Notes: generated from the sequence alone by a model not told the origin. 60,702 nucleotides of DNA, filler included, from Sluysia triapertura (GCA_046118255.1; 4 parts of 4 records of this genome joined end to end with filler, not necessarily neighbours in it); one strand, 5' to 3'; positions 13,262-26,842 are shown, numbered from the whole stretch's first letter. Numbers and translations are program-made.

Positions 13262-15348
13262 GTTAGCTACACATTTCATTTATATAATTTTCAAAACATT
13301 AAGGATTATGCTTATAGCTTATTTAAGTTTTTCGTAATTTAGTATTAATCAAAGATTTAAATTAATTTATTTAACGTTTTTAAAAATATGTAAAAAGTGG
13401 AATTAAACGTACGTTTTAAGATAAGATGTACGAAGTAATTTTCTAAATTATGAAATAAAGTTTAATTTATCAGACAAGACATGAAATCTAATATGGCCTT
13501 ATTACGTAACTGAATCATAATACATTGCATAAACATGTAGATCGGGTAAAAATTAATTATAAGGTGTATAAAATAATAAAATATTTGAATCATTTAACTT
13601 AATTTGAAGAGTTATTTTTGGTAGGTTTAAAGGTAAATAAAATTGTGTAATTTAGGAAATGTATATCTAAATATGTACTTTCGCACTGGGTTTTTAGCTC
13701 TAGATCAAGAATTATAATCATTGACTTTTTCTAGTATTTACGATTGGTGAGGCATATACTGAGGTTATAAATTTGGCGAAATGTTCGCTTAATTGTAATT
13801 TATAATAAATTATTGTGCATTTAAAAGAATTATTAAATTACAATAAATGTGGAAATTTTGAAATAACTTTTGATTATGTTTAGCACAATACTACAACCAA
13901 TTCCACTGTACCTACAGTTTCATTAGTTAGTTCAGTAACGAATAGTATTGTGAGTTCAAATTTGACCCCGACTATAACCAGTATAACTTCTAGTGCTACG
14001 TATAATAATAATGTCAATACTTCAGCAATTTATTCAACTGTAAATAATATTGAGAATTCAAGTTTTTGTACTGATGGACATAGCACAGAAAGTCAGGATA
14101 ATATTTTAATGGCTTGGGAGAATGCAGAACAGTCTGATGAAATTGGAGAAGAATATCCTGATGAAGCTTCATCTCAATCTACTTACCCAACATATCCACA
14201 GTTTACATTATCTCCTGCTTTACCATTACCGCCTATACAATATATACCCCAAATTATCGACTCCACGTTTGATTATCAACACATTATTCACATTAAAGTT
14301 TATAAACCATCACTAAAACATGCTTGTGTACAAGTGGTACCTCCTTTATTAACTATTACTTCTAAATCTAATTATCATCATCTTAAATCTAGAATAATTG
14401 CACATCAAAGACCCATACCTTTTTCAGATAGTCCAATTATCCCGCAATTGCTGCCCTGTTCTAGTAGTGCTACCTCGTTACCACCAATATGTGATGATAT
14501 TCGTGTTATGCAATTTATTTATTCGCATTTTAATCAAAGAAGTTCTTATGTAAATAGCGCCGCATCAACTGTTTCTAATTCACGTGTGGATTCTCTTCCA
14601 CCTTTTATCAAATATTTAAATGCTTTATGTCCGCAATCTATAACACATCCTCGTTCTTGTGTAAAATCACGGTGTTCAAATTCTCCACTTAACACAAATG
14701 CTTCGTTATCGATTTGTACAGATCCTGTTTTAATGCCTGACATAGATGAAGCTATTGCAGAAGACGAAGAAATCGAAGACGATGAAATATCTCCTGCTTT
14801 AACTACCTCTTCTAAAATAAATCCGTCTAGGTTAGCTAAACTGGATTTACTTTTACAATCTGGATGCAAGTTGCACAGCAATTCTTCCGAACAAATTACT
14901 AACAATGCAAATAATCATATGGGTTCTGATTCAAATTCTGATCAAATTATTTATCATCAGCTAACAGTAGATATGACTGATTTACATTCACCTCGACAAT
15001 CATATCACTTAGGAGAGGAAGATCAACTTAATTTCTCGCAATTTGTCAGTTTGTCCAATAATCACAATAATTATTGGTTAAAAAAATCAACGAGCTCACG
15101 GTGGGTTACTCAATTTGGAGGGTCAAATTTACGACCTTCAAAAACTATCGAGACAACTACTCATGCTAAGTTATTAGACGAGCATCCAAATAACACTGTA
15201 TTAAAATTGAATAATAATTTTATTAGAAAAAAGTCCAACTATTTTTATAATTTTAATCTTTATCACAAACATCACCAGCAGCATCGAAAACTCGACACAG
15301 TTCGACTGGAGAAGTATAACAAATATATCAATAAAATTAAATCGAAGC

Positions 15349-15397
<49 letters not shown>

Positions 15398-18300
15398 TAA
15401 TAATAATAACAATAAAGCGAGTACACAGACAGTTGAAGATTCCACTACAACCTCCGGTAATTGGATGATTAGTAATACTGAGTCAGATAATAATAAAGGT
15501 TCTTTAAAGATTAAATTAAAACTAAACGTTACACGTTTTGATGAAGCAGTGGTACCACCTGTAACAATTCCTAATTCACCACCACAATTACCAACTGTCC
15601 CGACGCCAGAACCAAATGTGAAACGATCTATTTTCAATTTGACGTGTAACAATAACAATAGTAATGGTTATAATAAAAAATGTTCTAAAAGAACTCGAAA
15701 TAATTCACGAACTGAGTCTAAAAAACGAAAAAAACCAACCATAAATAATCTGTCACAAACTAAACGGAAAATCAACTCTTTATCCTCGGAAACTGTCTCG
15801 AAAATGTTATCTATTACACATATGGAGGCTGATGAAATCGAAAATTCAGACGTAAAGAATAAAACTGGCGTACAGCAACTACAAAATGATAATGATGATG
15901 ATATTACTCCACCAAAGAAAAAAATATTCTTTACTAGAAAAGAAGATCGTCGAAGCAGCACTGCAGCTTTATCGATTGATGTTGGAAATTGCAATAATAT
16001 GATGTTATCTTTACCGGCGCTGAGTAGCAGTTCAGTGAATAGCGGACCTAATACCAATATAACAACTTCAAACGGATCTAGTAGTCAAAACTATCATAAT
16101 ATGTCTCACAAGAAAAATTCGTTTTATATGAAGAAAGTTAATTCTCTGGTTGGAAGTAAGCGCACCAATAACAATGGCAGTAAGTATTGTAAAATTTTGT
16201 AAATATTTCTGAAAGCATTAAGTTAAGCCACATCAGACGCACAATTTTCCTATTTCTACTTAGAGTTTTTGTGGTATTATGTTCTGAGAAAGTTTAACCA
16301 AATTTTAATATTTATTAGATTCGTAATATTAAAAAAGATGTATATTTACATTTTGGCACTTAAACTTTCAGAAAGCGGCTCAAGACCAGTGGACACTATT
16401 CTTGCACTATTTTCAGTGTGTCCCTTGTCACTATTTAAATCAAGAAAATGAAGACTATAAAATAAGGTCTATTAAAGGTTCTATAAACAAAATCATTACT
16501 TAATAGTTCTCTCGTAGGTCCTCGCTTAGCATGTTTATCACTTGGTTGACTCACGAAACTTTCACTACAGCTGTGAAACGAACATCGTTTGACACCATTC
16601 GGACGCATAGGGCAATTATCTTTATCATTGGTTTTTTGGATCTAAGGTATATTCCAAGCTGCTTCGGGGTTACAGCGTCATACGAAGTAGGAAAACGGAG
16701 ATTCACTAAATTCGTATCTTCCTTGTGTTGTATTGAACAATGAACAGTTCGCGCATAACTTTGGATGAAACGTTCATGTATTGAATTTGGATCAAGATCA
16801 TCTTCGATATTTTTGGCCAATTGATGAATCTTGATCACAACGTCTTTTGCATAGACTTTATCTCTAAATTTACATGTAACCTTTCTTCGGAATTCAAAAT
16901 TTGAACTGAAGTTGGTATCGTTTCGGCTTTTTTCGGTTAGGAGTAGAATTAACTTTCAAATTGTTAATTAAAACATTTTCAGATAGATCGATGGAATATT
17001 TCGAAAATTTAAACATCCACTTATTTCTGCATTTACAATATTGTATAATTTATTATAATCACTAATGCAAATTTGAAACTCCACATTTGCCCCATACAGG
17101 AATCAAAAATAAATTCATTCGTTGAATGTTTCTTTAGAATCTTTAAAGCCAGCATTATTTAAAATAAGTAACGTTAAGTGTATGCAACCTTCATTAAGTA
17201 ATTTCAGCAAATCCTATTGTGGAAATTATTCTTTTTGTTCAATAACAGGCAAAGTTACTATTTGACAATGCAAACAATATATCCGAATCAACGTTTTAAT
17301 CTTAATATCTAATTGTACTGTCCCCATGTTGCTTAACTCGGGCTTAATTACTCTCCAACACTAATGCTACTTCAATATGAATAAGCATTTGTTAAATTTT
17401 ACCATCAAATCGAGCCTCGATATCAATCCTGTCATAGACATTCAATATTATATTTGAAAAATTAATACAAAATAAAACCTTTACTGGTTTTGAATCTCTA
17501 TTCATTCTGACAAAAAATTCAGTATCTTCGATCCACATGAATACAGATCCAATCAAAATAAATATTCTAATTTTAAAAATGAACAAAATTCCAAAGTACG
17601 TACATCTTTTTTGGTCTTTTCTATTTTATTTTCTTTTTTATACTTGCAATAATAAAAAATAAGGATAACAATAATAAATTAAGTAATAGTAACAAAAATA
17701 ATAAAATTTATAACAGTGATTTATATTGATTTTTTAAACAAATTTTATTATTTAATGAAGTGCAAAGTTATTAGTAATTATAGAAGTTGTTTCTGATGTT
17801 TGAATTTTTGCAAGGGAATTTTAGGAGTACGTGATATACCGCCAATGGTTTTAGATTATGTTATTGTTTGGAAGGATGTGTAACAAATGCCTCTATGCGA
17901 CATTTATTAACATTACATAAAGCCTTTAAATTAGACTCATTCGTCGACCTTGTTTTTATTATCGTAATCGTTTTCGATTCTATGATTGCATTTACTTTTC
18001 CAATCACGAATTTTACTTATCCTTACGGTATAAGATGGTTTTATAAGCTATAGTTATTTCTAATTTTATTGTTACCATTATTCTTAACTTAATTGTTGCA
18101 ATTATATCCGATTTGATCGCTATACTAACTTTTGGTTTTATCGTTACATTTATTCTCGATTCTACTGTGGTTACATCTTTATTCAAAAAAATTAAAATAC
18201 ATTACTGTCACTTAGTACAAAAAAACAAAACATAACCAGATAGATAAAAATTACCCGTTCTGCTTAAAAATGTTTCACTTTATAAATAATCCAGCATTCG

Positions 18301-20186
18301 TTAATATATCGTAATTTTAAGTAATAAATAAAGATTTAATTTATAAATGTTTTAATTTAGCATTATTATATTTATTATGCGAATTTAATTAATATTATAC
18401 TAACATTCTAAATTAGAAGCTTCGAATGGATCGTTGAATACATCAAATAGTCAAGCATCTCCTAAAAAATCTCAGATAAATCCTCCTATAATTCTGAAAT
18501 TAAAACCACTGAAACCTCCACCAGCGTCACCAGTACCTAATTCAAGCGCAATGTCATCTCTTGATCATTCTCTTCCTACACCGAGTCCTAGTTCACCTCT
18601 TCCTATTACTAATATACAATCTGCTGTTCCCTTATCAACGTCAACAGATATGCCTTCTTTACAACCAGCAATAACTCAACATCAACCCAAATCATCTGGT
18701 TCCATGAAAGTACGCATTAAAAGAACTCAGGAAACAGGAGATGCCCAGGTTATTGCAGCGTCATCAACTGCATCAGTGGTACCAACTCCAATATCACCTG
18801 TTATTCCACCACCTCAGCCGTCTGTTTCTCAATTCGATTTTGATGATTCTACCACGGTTCTTCCTGCTCCTCCGGCTCTTGTTTCTCGTTTTCGATCTCA
18901 AATATCTTCCAAACTTCCGCTTTCTTTCTCTCCGACATCATCTGATGCTAATTCGTCTGATAATGATGACCAACACGAGTCTATTTGCCGAAAACTTCTT
19001 CAACATTCTCCAAGATACTACCATACTTTACACGAAGTTGACGATTCTTCTACTAGGTATTTGGTCGGTACTTCTCCAATTGTTTTCATCGACCCGCATA
19101 AAGTAGATTTAGTAGTTGTAAAAAATTCTAGTTATAAAAAAATGTCAAACACTTTAGTACCGATATCTGCCTCAACAAACCTCACTGTTCCTTCTTCTAT
19201 ATGTTCTTCGTGTCCCCCTTCTTCTGCTACTGCTGTTGTATCAACGTCTTCCTCGTCTCTCTCTGCTGCCGAATTGTTTTTACCTGGTTGTTTAATGCAC
19301 CAAGAAAGTCCTTCCATGCCAGTATTAGCTCCACAAGAGCCGTTACTTCAAAATAAATCTGATTCTATGTCAAGATTAGGATCCGAACTTAATGTACCAC
19401 AAGTAGCACAACAACCAGTGCCTCCAGCGCCACCAATACCACCACCACAACATTATAACCAACAAAATCAGAATCACCATAATCAATCTCCTAGAATAAG
19501 TGATTATCCTCATAATTATTACAATCAAAGCAATAATAATAATAATCAGCAGGTTTAACTTACTATATATTATAATAAAAAATCAAAACAATAAAAATTA
19601 ATTATTGCATCAATCTCTTTTTGAACAGTCCACAGGAAAAAGTAGTTACACTTTTCTAAACAAAATCTAATGAATACATTTACAAATCAAATTAAAGTTG
19701 AGAGGATCGCATCCTTTTTTACAATTCTATCATTCCGTGACGGTTTGCACGTTACAGAATTTAAAGATATATTAAGCAAATATTGATGTATTGCATAATA
19801 TATGCATTGTTTTGTGTTTCTGTCGAGTATGTCAGCAAAGAGCAAATTTCGCTGTTATCGAATATGATAAACTTTCCTGTGCGATATGTTTTCATATTCA
19901 TTTGAAATTGGCTATGCTGTTTAGAAAATATTACTATAATTTAGATTCTGGGATTTTGCATTAGATAAATTACATTGAATATTTCGAAATTCGAAAGTGC
20001 AGATGATTTATGTGAAATTTTTTACATCAATATTTATAAAGTTGGCGCTCTACGTATATTATACTCATTTAATCAGTAAAATTTGATTTGCAACACATCT
20101 TGAATTATTCACCAGCAAATGATATATCTAAGTTTATTCACGTTTTCAACATTGTATTATAATAATGCATTTGATATTGTTACAAA

Positions 20187-20217
<31 letters not shown>

Positions 20218-23200
20218 TGATACATAAGTTATTTTAGTTTAAACAGAAGTCTATTTAGTGATACAGTTTTAAAATAAAATATCTATGATTTTATTATTCA
20301 CTTTGAGAATTATTAAGTCACCATTTGCAAACTTTGTTGATTTCAAGTATCACTGTTTTATGAAACGCTAAAATTAACGACTGCACTAAAATGCTATCTT
20401 AATCTTGGTAACACTACTGCCTGATGAATTTATAATGATGAATTTTTATAATTACTCATCTTTTTATTATATTGTAGAATTTATTGGATTCGGCAAATCA
20501 AGCTCGTCCTTTGTCCGCCTCCTCTAATTCCTACAATACCGGCAGTCTTCATAACACACCCACCATGTCCTACAACAACACTGCAGCCACATCGTCTTCT
20601 AACGATTTAGTTTCTAATTCTAACAATGCGCATTATCTATCACAACACAATAGTACAACCAGTAACACACACAGTAAACACAAAAGACATTCTCAAGAGA
20701 CTAATTCTAGTACCAAACATCACAAACGTTGTGATGGAAACAGTTCAACAACGAATAATGCGACTTCCAGTTCAATTAATAACACGTTGGTTTTGAAGAA
20801 TTATGTATTGCTTGCTATAAAAAGTGGTTATTTAAAACTTGATAGTTAGCATTTCTGAAAAGATTAAGTATAGCTTTGTGGCTCATATTTTGTAAGTAAG
20901 TTAAGATGTTTTGAGTATTTTAGAAGGCAATAGTCTTTTGAGACAATGAGAATATCCTTTATGCGAGTTTGTTCTGTTTCAAAAGTATAGGGCACCCCCT
21001 ACTTTTGCTGTATATATTACAACAATTTATATTACAACAAATTAACAATATTATTTAATAAATAAAATACGAATAAACTATTACTTATATATAGTTTCCA
21101 ATTTTAGTACACTTTTAATTACTATATTGCATTTAGTTAAATAAATTTCGTTTCAAAAGTATAGGACATTATATTATATTAGGACTGCCTCCATTATTTT
21201 AATATTTACCGTATAATGGCGCGTGGATTATTGATGCATATTCCAAAAATGGGGAAAGTAATGCAAGTATTGCCAAAAAGTTAAACAGATCAAGACATGC
21301 GATATCCAATTATTTGGATAAAAGTTATAAAAAGCAATGGAAACAATATTTTCTCAGTTTCTGATAAAAGAAACCTTCATTCAGTACTACAATGTACATA
21401 AAATTATTTTCAATATTTCAGCTTCAGTAAATGTTCTTCAGTCAGTGTCAATACTGCTGCCACTACTGCTAATACACCGTTACTAGGGTTGCCGTCTTCA
21501 TCTAACTCGATGCAAATTGATAGTACCACGTCCTTGTCGTCTGGTATTTCGCCTGCTGCTGCTGCAGTAGGAATGCTTTCATCATTGCACAGCAGTAACA
21601 GTGGCACTGCTAGTAATGTTCCTAATAATAGCGCTAACAATAATTCAAGTAGTACTAACAGTAGTACAAATTTTTTGTCTAATCTTGGCGGGATGTACGG
21701 TAATGGTTCTCATTCTCTACATCACCATACCAATGCAACTGCCGATTTGTACAGTAGTGCTAGTCTCTATGGTAACAATACAACCAATCCAGACTATTAC
21801 AATCTTCTGGACAATTATCTGTACAGTCAGTGTTGGTCTAGTTCTATGGTTGAGTATTGTAAATCTCTGCAGCAACAGCAACATCATCAAATGATTTCTG
21901 GTTAGTTTCATTTTTATTCAAGTTTTAAAATTTATGATATTTAGGAGCTTCTGCGAATACACCTATTAGTCTGGGGGGAAATGTTGCTGGTTCAGCTAAT
22001 CATCATCAAGGAGCATTGTCTTCTTTGGCAGCAGCTACCGGTGTGATGCATGCACCAAGTGCTGCCACAACTGGGTTATTACCGTCATCAGCAGTTGATT
22101 ATTCGAGTAAGTAATCATAATTCACTTAGTTCATTCGTGATTATTAAAAATTAGAAATTTTATTGAGTCTTGAAATTTGGCGTTTTAATTAATTGATGAA
22201 TTTTTTCTTTCAAGCTCTATCTAGATATTCTACTGGTTATTTTGAGATTTTAATTGATTTTTGAATTATTAAATAAGCACTTGCTGCATTTATTTATAGG
22301 GATTGTTTTAGTAAAATTTAAAATGAAAAATAATTTATCAATAACTTTCGCGATGTATCTATGTATCTTCTACAGAGCCACTGCGTCATTTTGTGCAATG
22401 AATTTTATAAAATATAAATTCGAAACATTTTAATAATGTTGCAATAAAGTACATTTAGTAAGTAACATCTTAAAATATCCTTAAAAGCAAAAAAGGAATG
22501 CAAGAAACATAATTAAAGTTAATTAGCGAATTGAGTAGATTACATATTAGACATTATCATCAGAAGAACGGAATCAATCTGTGATTTTGTTAAAGTAGAA
22601 ACAAAAATGAATACAAAGAGAATGTCTAATAAAAATGGGCGGATTTATTAAAAATTTATTACTGGCAAACGTCAATATTATTTTTGTCAATTTTATTTTT
22701 GTTTGCTTAAAACTATCAAATTAACAAAATTTAATTTTATCTAGTGGTGCAAGGTTAACTATTGAACCGTTAAGAACGTCAGCATGTTTGATTAGTGAGT
22801 ATTTGGGTTTAAAAAGTTTTAAATTAATTAAAATTTATCTCTTAAATCGTGAAAATTGGTTCTGAACTTGTCTCTGTTGGAGAAATGGAAGTATAAAGGT
22901 TTTATCAAATATTTTACATTTGATATAATAAAATAAATTAATTTTGGGAAAGTCCAGTTTGGAGGACTTAAAACTTCTAATCGCTTTTAATAACTTTATC
23001 AACAAATTAACAAATATATTATAAATTTTAACTATTAAAAAATTAATTAACAAAATAGGCTTAAGGCCTTTAAACAAAAAAATAAATTTTAGAAAACATA
23101 CAACAAATATAATTTAAATTTATTTTGAGAAATATAATAAAATTACTCTTACAAATATAACAAACGGATTATATATATTCCGATATCAGTTAATTTAACC

Positions 23201-25997
23201 GTGGATTTCGCTTCTTCTAAATCTCCATTACACATCGAAGCCGGATAATTAAGATTCAAGTACTTGGACCACATTAAAAGTTGGGTACCACCAACAATGG
23301 GCCAACAATAATTGCATATCAGTGGAATAATGAATTAAAATAATTCAATGTTTTAGGTATGTGCGAGTTTTATGTAATTTATGTATGCAATTTTTTCTCC
23401 CAAATCGTTATTAGAATTGAGGTAGAAAAGTTAGATAGAAGCTTCACATCCTTGAAAAACTAGAAGTAGTTTATGATACATGGATAGAACCAAAAATATC
23501 TCTTGCTTTAATATAATGTTCTTCTACTTATGCTTCAAATACAAAATTTTTTTGTCTGAAATAACTAGGATTAGAATAAGTATTTATGAAAAAATGAAAG
23601 TACTGAGGATCCTGAAAACATTCTGAAATATTGTACCGAGATATTCGAATTTTATGTAAAATAGGAATGATAAAAGATATTAAAAATGAAGATTCAATAA
23701 AATTCTACACTTACAGAATTAAAACATACTTTTTCAGCAAATAAACAATCGGGTACAAATGGAATAGCACTGTTTGCATTTGCATTTCGAAATGAATACT
23801 TCTGATGTACTTAAGTACTACAAATAGTACTACAAACAATGGCACCATTGATTAGTGGAAAATATTTTTTGAAATGTGAAATTTCAGCGTACAAGAATTA
23901 ACTGTGGTATATATTGAACACCAGCTAAGAAAACAATGCTTTAAATAAATGCTTGTGTAAAACATGTGAATATTTAATCAGTATTTTGTTTTAAATATTT
24001 GTGTAAAAATGTGAATTTCAAATACAGTATTTTTAAATTGTGTTAGTAGTAGCGCATATCAGTGTGAAAATGAATCATCATTGAAATAAAAATATAATTA
24101 AGTAGTGTTAAAATGAACAGTTTATAATATCATAGTGAATAACAAGATTAATATGTAAATATTTTATCATTCTTTTAAATTTTTGAAACTACTAATGGAA
24201 AAAGATTTTTTTTGCATTCATTCAAGACAGAGTGGAAATCATTTGCAATGTTTTGTAAAGTCTCCATGTTTCTGAAAATAAAACGTACTTGTCGAGTAAT
24301 TTGAAATTAGGCGAATGTAGTGATTATTTAGAGTCTTTTTATCCATATAAGATTTGTTAATGTTTGCTTTGTGTTGTAGAACATTATCATGTGGCCGTAA
24401 ATAACGAATAGTTCATTCCTATTGCACATATGGCTCATTTTTGCTGTATTATTTTATTAGTCCGTTCACCATCATCTACTCAAATAGGATTAGGGATTGA
24501 ACAATTATATACAAATATTTACCTCCGAATATTACGCTTACAAATTCGGCACCAAATTAATCTTTGCTCATTAAATTACAATAACGACTTTTTGAAGATC
24601 CTTTTCGATTTTCCATCGATCAACAATTGATAGTCAAATCACTGTTTTAATAATTAAATATGTTGAGGGTTTGATATATTTTATAAATTTGTTTGTAAAA
24701 GGAAATTTTATTATCTTTACAGGACTGAATTTGTTAGAAATTTTTATAATTCTTTTTTGTCGTCATAAACATTAACTTCGTAACAATATTTTTAAGGCCT
24801 TTGATAAAATTCATAAAATTTAATTCGAACAAGGTAATTGAATTTAAAACGCAAAACGTGCATTAAACAAATTAATGTAATTAACATAATAACGTACTTG
24901 TTCATAAATCAACAAGGTACTTTTATAGATGAATAGTGAAAAAGATTGATCAATTGTTGAGTAAAAAATACGAATATTTCGCACTTTCTATCATAATATC
25001 TTAAAATAACTTAAATAAAAGACATTTTTGGGCATCCTGTAATTGGACTAGTTTTGTTGAAAAGTTGGCTATATTCATCTTCGTCATTCGAATTATTTTA
25101 AGTTCGGTCAACTTACAAGCATCGGTTGTTGAGGCCTAGTTTTGGTTTTTAATTTTAAACTTTAGATATATCTAACATTTATAAAATTTATAAAGATCGT
25201 CCCATAGACAGTAGGATTGTTCATAAAAATGGTTTACATAGGCAGCACAGTTCAGATTTTATAAATTCGCATATTTAAAATAAACAATATACTTCGACAC
25301 AATAATAAGAGTGTACCAGCATTATTTTTCAATAAAGAGCTGCCTTTATGCATTTTTAAATACAATTTTGGATTGGATTGATGACCTTTACTGAACTGAC
25401 TGATCCAATCATATATTGCAGTGCGCGAAAAATATCAGTATAAGTTACCTGTAGTAATATAGGGCTTTGTTCAATATTTTCTTTAGGAAAAGCAAAAACT
25501 TGTACGCTTCGGTATTCAACAGGATGCAACTTCACCTAACTAAATTTGAAAAAACGCTAGTAGGTAATATAATCAATAAATAATATTTTCAAACTATGTT
25601 TACGTGACATAGCATCAGCTACCTGTTCTATTATTGTTTGTTCTTTCTGGAGGCACATGCACATCAAATTGATGTACGGTAATAATTGTTGATAAAATCT
25701 GAACCTTTTTGCGATTTACACAAATTGGTTTTTCGGTATTGGATTGATTCGAATAATCCAAGTTTCTTGCAGTAAATTACTGTTGATTGGTTTATTCGGA
25801 AATGTTTTGTTTATACTAGTGGAATTCGAAAGAGATGGGATTCGAAAACTGTTTTATTACAACAATAAATATTTATAAATGTTTAATTTATAAATTTTTT
25901 TGTTTTAGGTGGTGCTGGTGCTGCTGCTTCATATCCTTATGGAATGGGTCAAACACCGTCGTCTTACATATATTCTGGATTTTGTATTCCGAAATAA
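12326..25997 (+). CDS. 7-exon gene for a ~1801-aa low-complexity (Ser/Pro/Asn/His/Gln-rich), probably intrinsically disordered nuclear protein; no recognisable folded domain
   Basis: Exons 12326-13261, 13884-16179, 18417-19552, 20478-20785, 21422-21900, 21945-22106 and 25909-25997. All introns are GT-AG and phases match (0,1,0,2,1,1). Total 5406 nt, no internal stop, ends ...FCIPK-TAA. Basic NLS-like segments ESKKRKKP and TPPKKK. An acceptor (cttttttcag) at 12300 suggests an upstream 5'UTR exon. Confidence 0.85.
13884..16179 (+). CDS. Coding exon 2 of the large low-complexity gene (contains the 21-Asn run and SLKIKLKL)
   Basis: Acceptor tttag|CAC is in frame with ORF 13950-16202; donor GGCA|gtaagt at 16180 (a same-phase alternative donor lies at 16156). 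Confidence 0.88.
15351..15413 (+). repeat. Coding (AAT)n microsatellite encoding 21 Asn
   Basis: AAT/AAC run in frame within exon 2. Confidence 0.95.
16551..16955 (-). pseudogene. RRM fragment resembling the first RRM of RBM15/spenito, antisense within intron 2 of the large gene
   Basis: VIKIHQLAKNIEDD...IHERF...SIQHKEDTNLVNLRFPTSYDA follows the RBM15-family RRM1 pattern (LKISEL...SDE...ISH...DERVAYVNFRRPEDA, from memory); no Met start and no recognisable continuation. Confidence 0.35.
18417..19552 (+). CDS. Coding exon 3 of the large low-complexity gene (Pro/Ser-rich)
   Basis: TACTAAC branch point at ~18398, acceptor attag|AAGC, ORF 18434-19558, donor CAG|gtttaa at 19553. Confidence 0.88.
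20478..20785 (+). CDS. Coding exon 4 of the large low-complexity gene
   Basis: Acceptor tgtag|AAT phase 0, ORF 20484-20849; donor AC|gttggt at 20786 gives the phase 2 required by the next exon. Confidence 0.75.
20975..21390 (+). mobile_element. Tc3-like (Tc1/mariner) transposon left-end relic in intron 4
   Basis: MARG at 21216, then a frameshift to IIDAYSKNGESNASIAKKLNRSRHAISNYLD and FSVSDKRN, matching the Tc3 transposase HTH (MPRG...SRKISRSRHCIRVYL...LSVRDERN). The motif tttcaaaagtatagg occurs twice upstream (~20977, ~21151). Confidence 0.65.
21422..21900 (+). CDS. Coding exon 5 of the large low-complexity gene
   Basis: Acceptor tttcag|C, ORF 21489-21905, donor TG|gttagt at 21901. Confidence 0.8.
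21945..22106 (+). CDS. Coding exon 6 of the large low-complexity gene (GASANTPISLGG...SAVDYS)
   Basis: Follows a 44-nt GT-AG intron; open frame; donor A|gtaagt at 22107. Confidence 0.8.
25050..25800 (-). mobile_element. Degraded hAT transposase C-terminal region in intron 6
   Basis: LLPYINLMCMCLQKEQTIIEQV resembles the hAT L..LQ segment; TVLPM and LKLKTKTR resemble the dimerisation-domain motif; many disruptions. Confidence 0.3.
25909..25997 (+). CDS. Terminal coding exon 7 (SGAGAAASYPYGMGQTPSSYIYSGFCIPK*)
   Basis: Polypyrimidine tract plus ttttag|GT; phase 1 matches exon 6; composition continues that of exons 5-6. Confidence 0.75.
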
Positions 25998-26842
25998 TGG
26001 AGCGATCAACACAATGAATACAGATTTGTACATATACCCAGATGTTTTCTCAAATATTTAGCATAATAATGAAGTTGTATCGTTTCTTTTGTCATGACCA
26101 GTACATGACTACTGATTTCCCTATTTATTTTCCCATCATGCCGATCGTGGCTGATCTTCTATTTCTCATTGATCTCTACTTTTATAATTGTTATAAATAA
26201 TCATTCAATTAAATCTCTACTAGATTTTGATCCGTTGTAGAGTTATTTGTGAAATTAATCAATAACAACCCACCAATCCTTCATCCTTACTCATCCTTTG
26301 TACTTGTTAGATCTTATTTATGTATAAATAATATATATACTTATGAATTTCGTTAAGACTTTTATATTTTATTATTATTATTAATTATTATTATTTATTA
26401 TTTATTATTATTATTATTCATAGATTCTCTGACGTTACTATATATTTGTATTTCTATTAATGAAAGTTAAAAATAATGAAATTAATAATTTGAAATATTC
26501 CTGTGGTTTTCTTGTGTACAGTTTTTTTGGGACCAGCATGTTAATTTCAATTTTCTGATTAATTATACTGGTTCGAGATAAAAAAACAGCTTTCATGGGT
26601 TAATTTAATGTTTCACATTAGCGCTTGTCTTGGAATTTATTTCCTACTCATTTAGGTGGATATGCTGAAATGAATGTATCAATTGCTTGTTTTTTTGAAA
26701 GTTTTGTTGCGCGAATAAAACTTGAATTTGTTCATAAATAATTGTAATTTTAGATATATTTTTACAGTGCGCACATACACAATTGAGAAATATTATTTTG
26801 TCCAATTTTTACGAAATAAATAATTTATAAAATAATTACAGA

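Noticed and set aside
12418-19317. Antisense and alternate-frame ORFs overlapping the large gene, including the poly-Leu ORF 15272-15658
   Set aside because: Shadows of the real exons; poly-Leu is simply the reverse complement of the (AAT)n run
19620-20150. Possible DNA-transposon relic in intron 3 (ETQNNAYIMQYI)
   Set aside because: A single short motif; family cannot be assigned reliably
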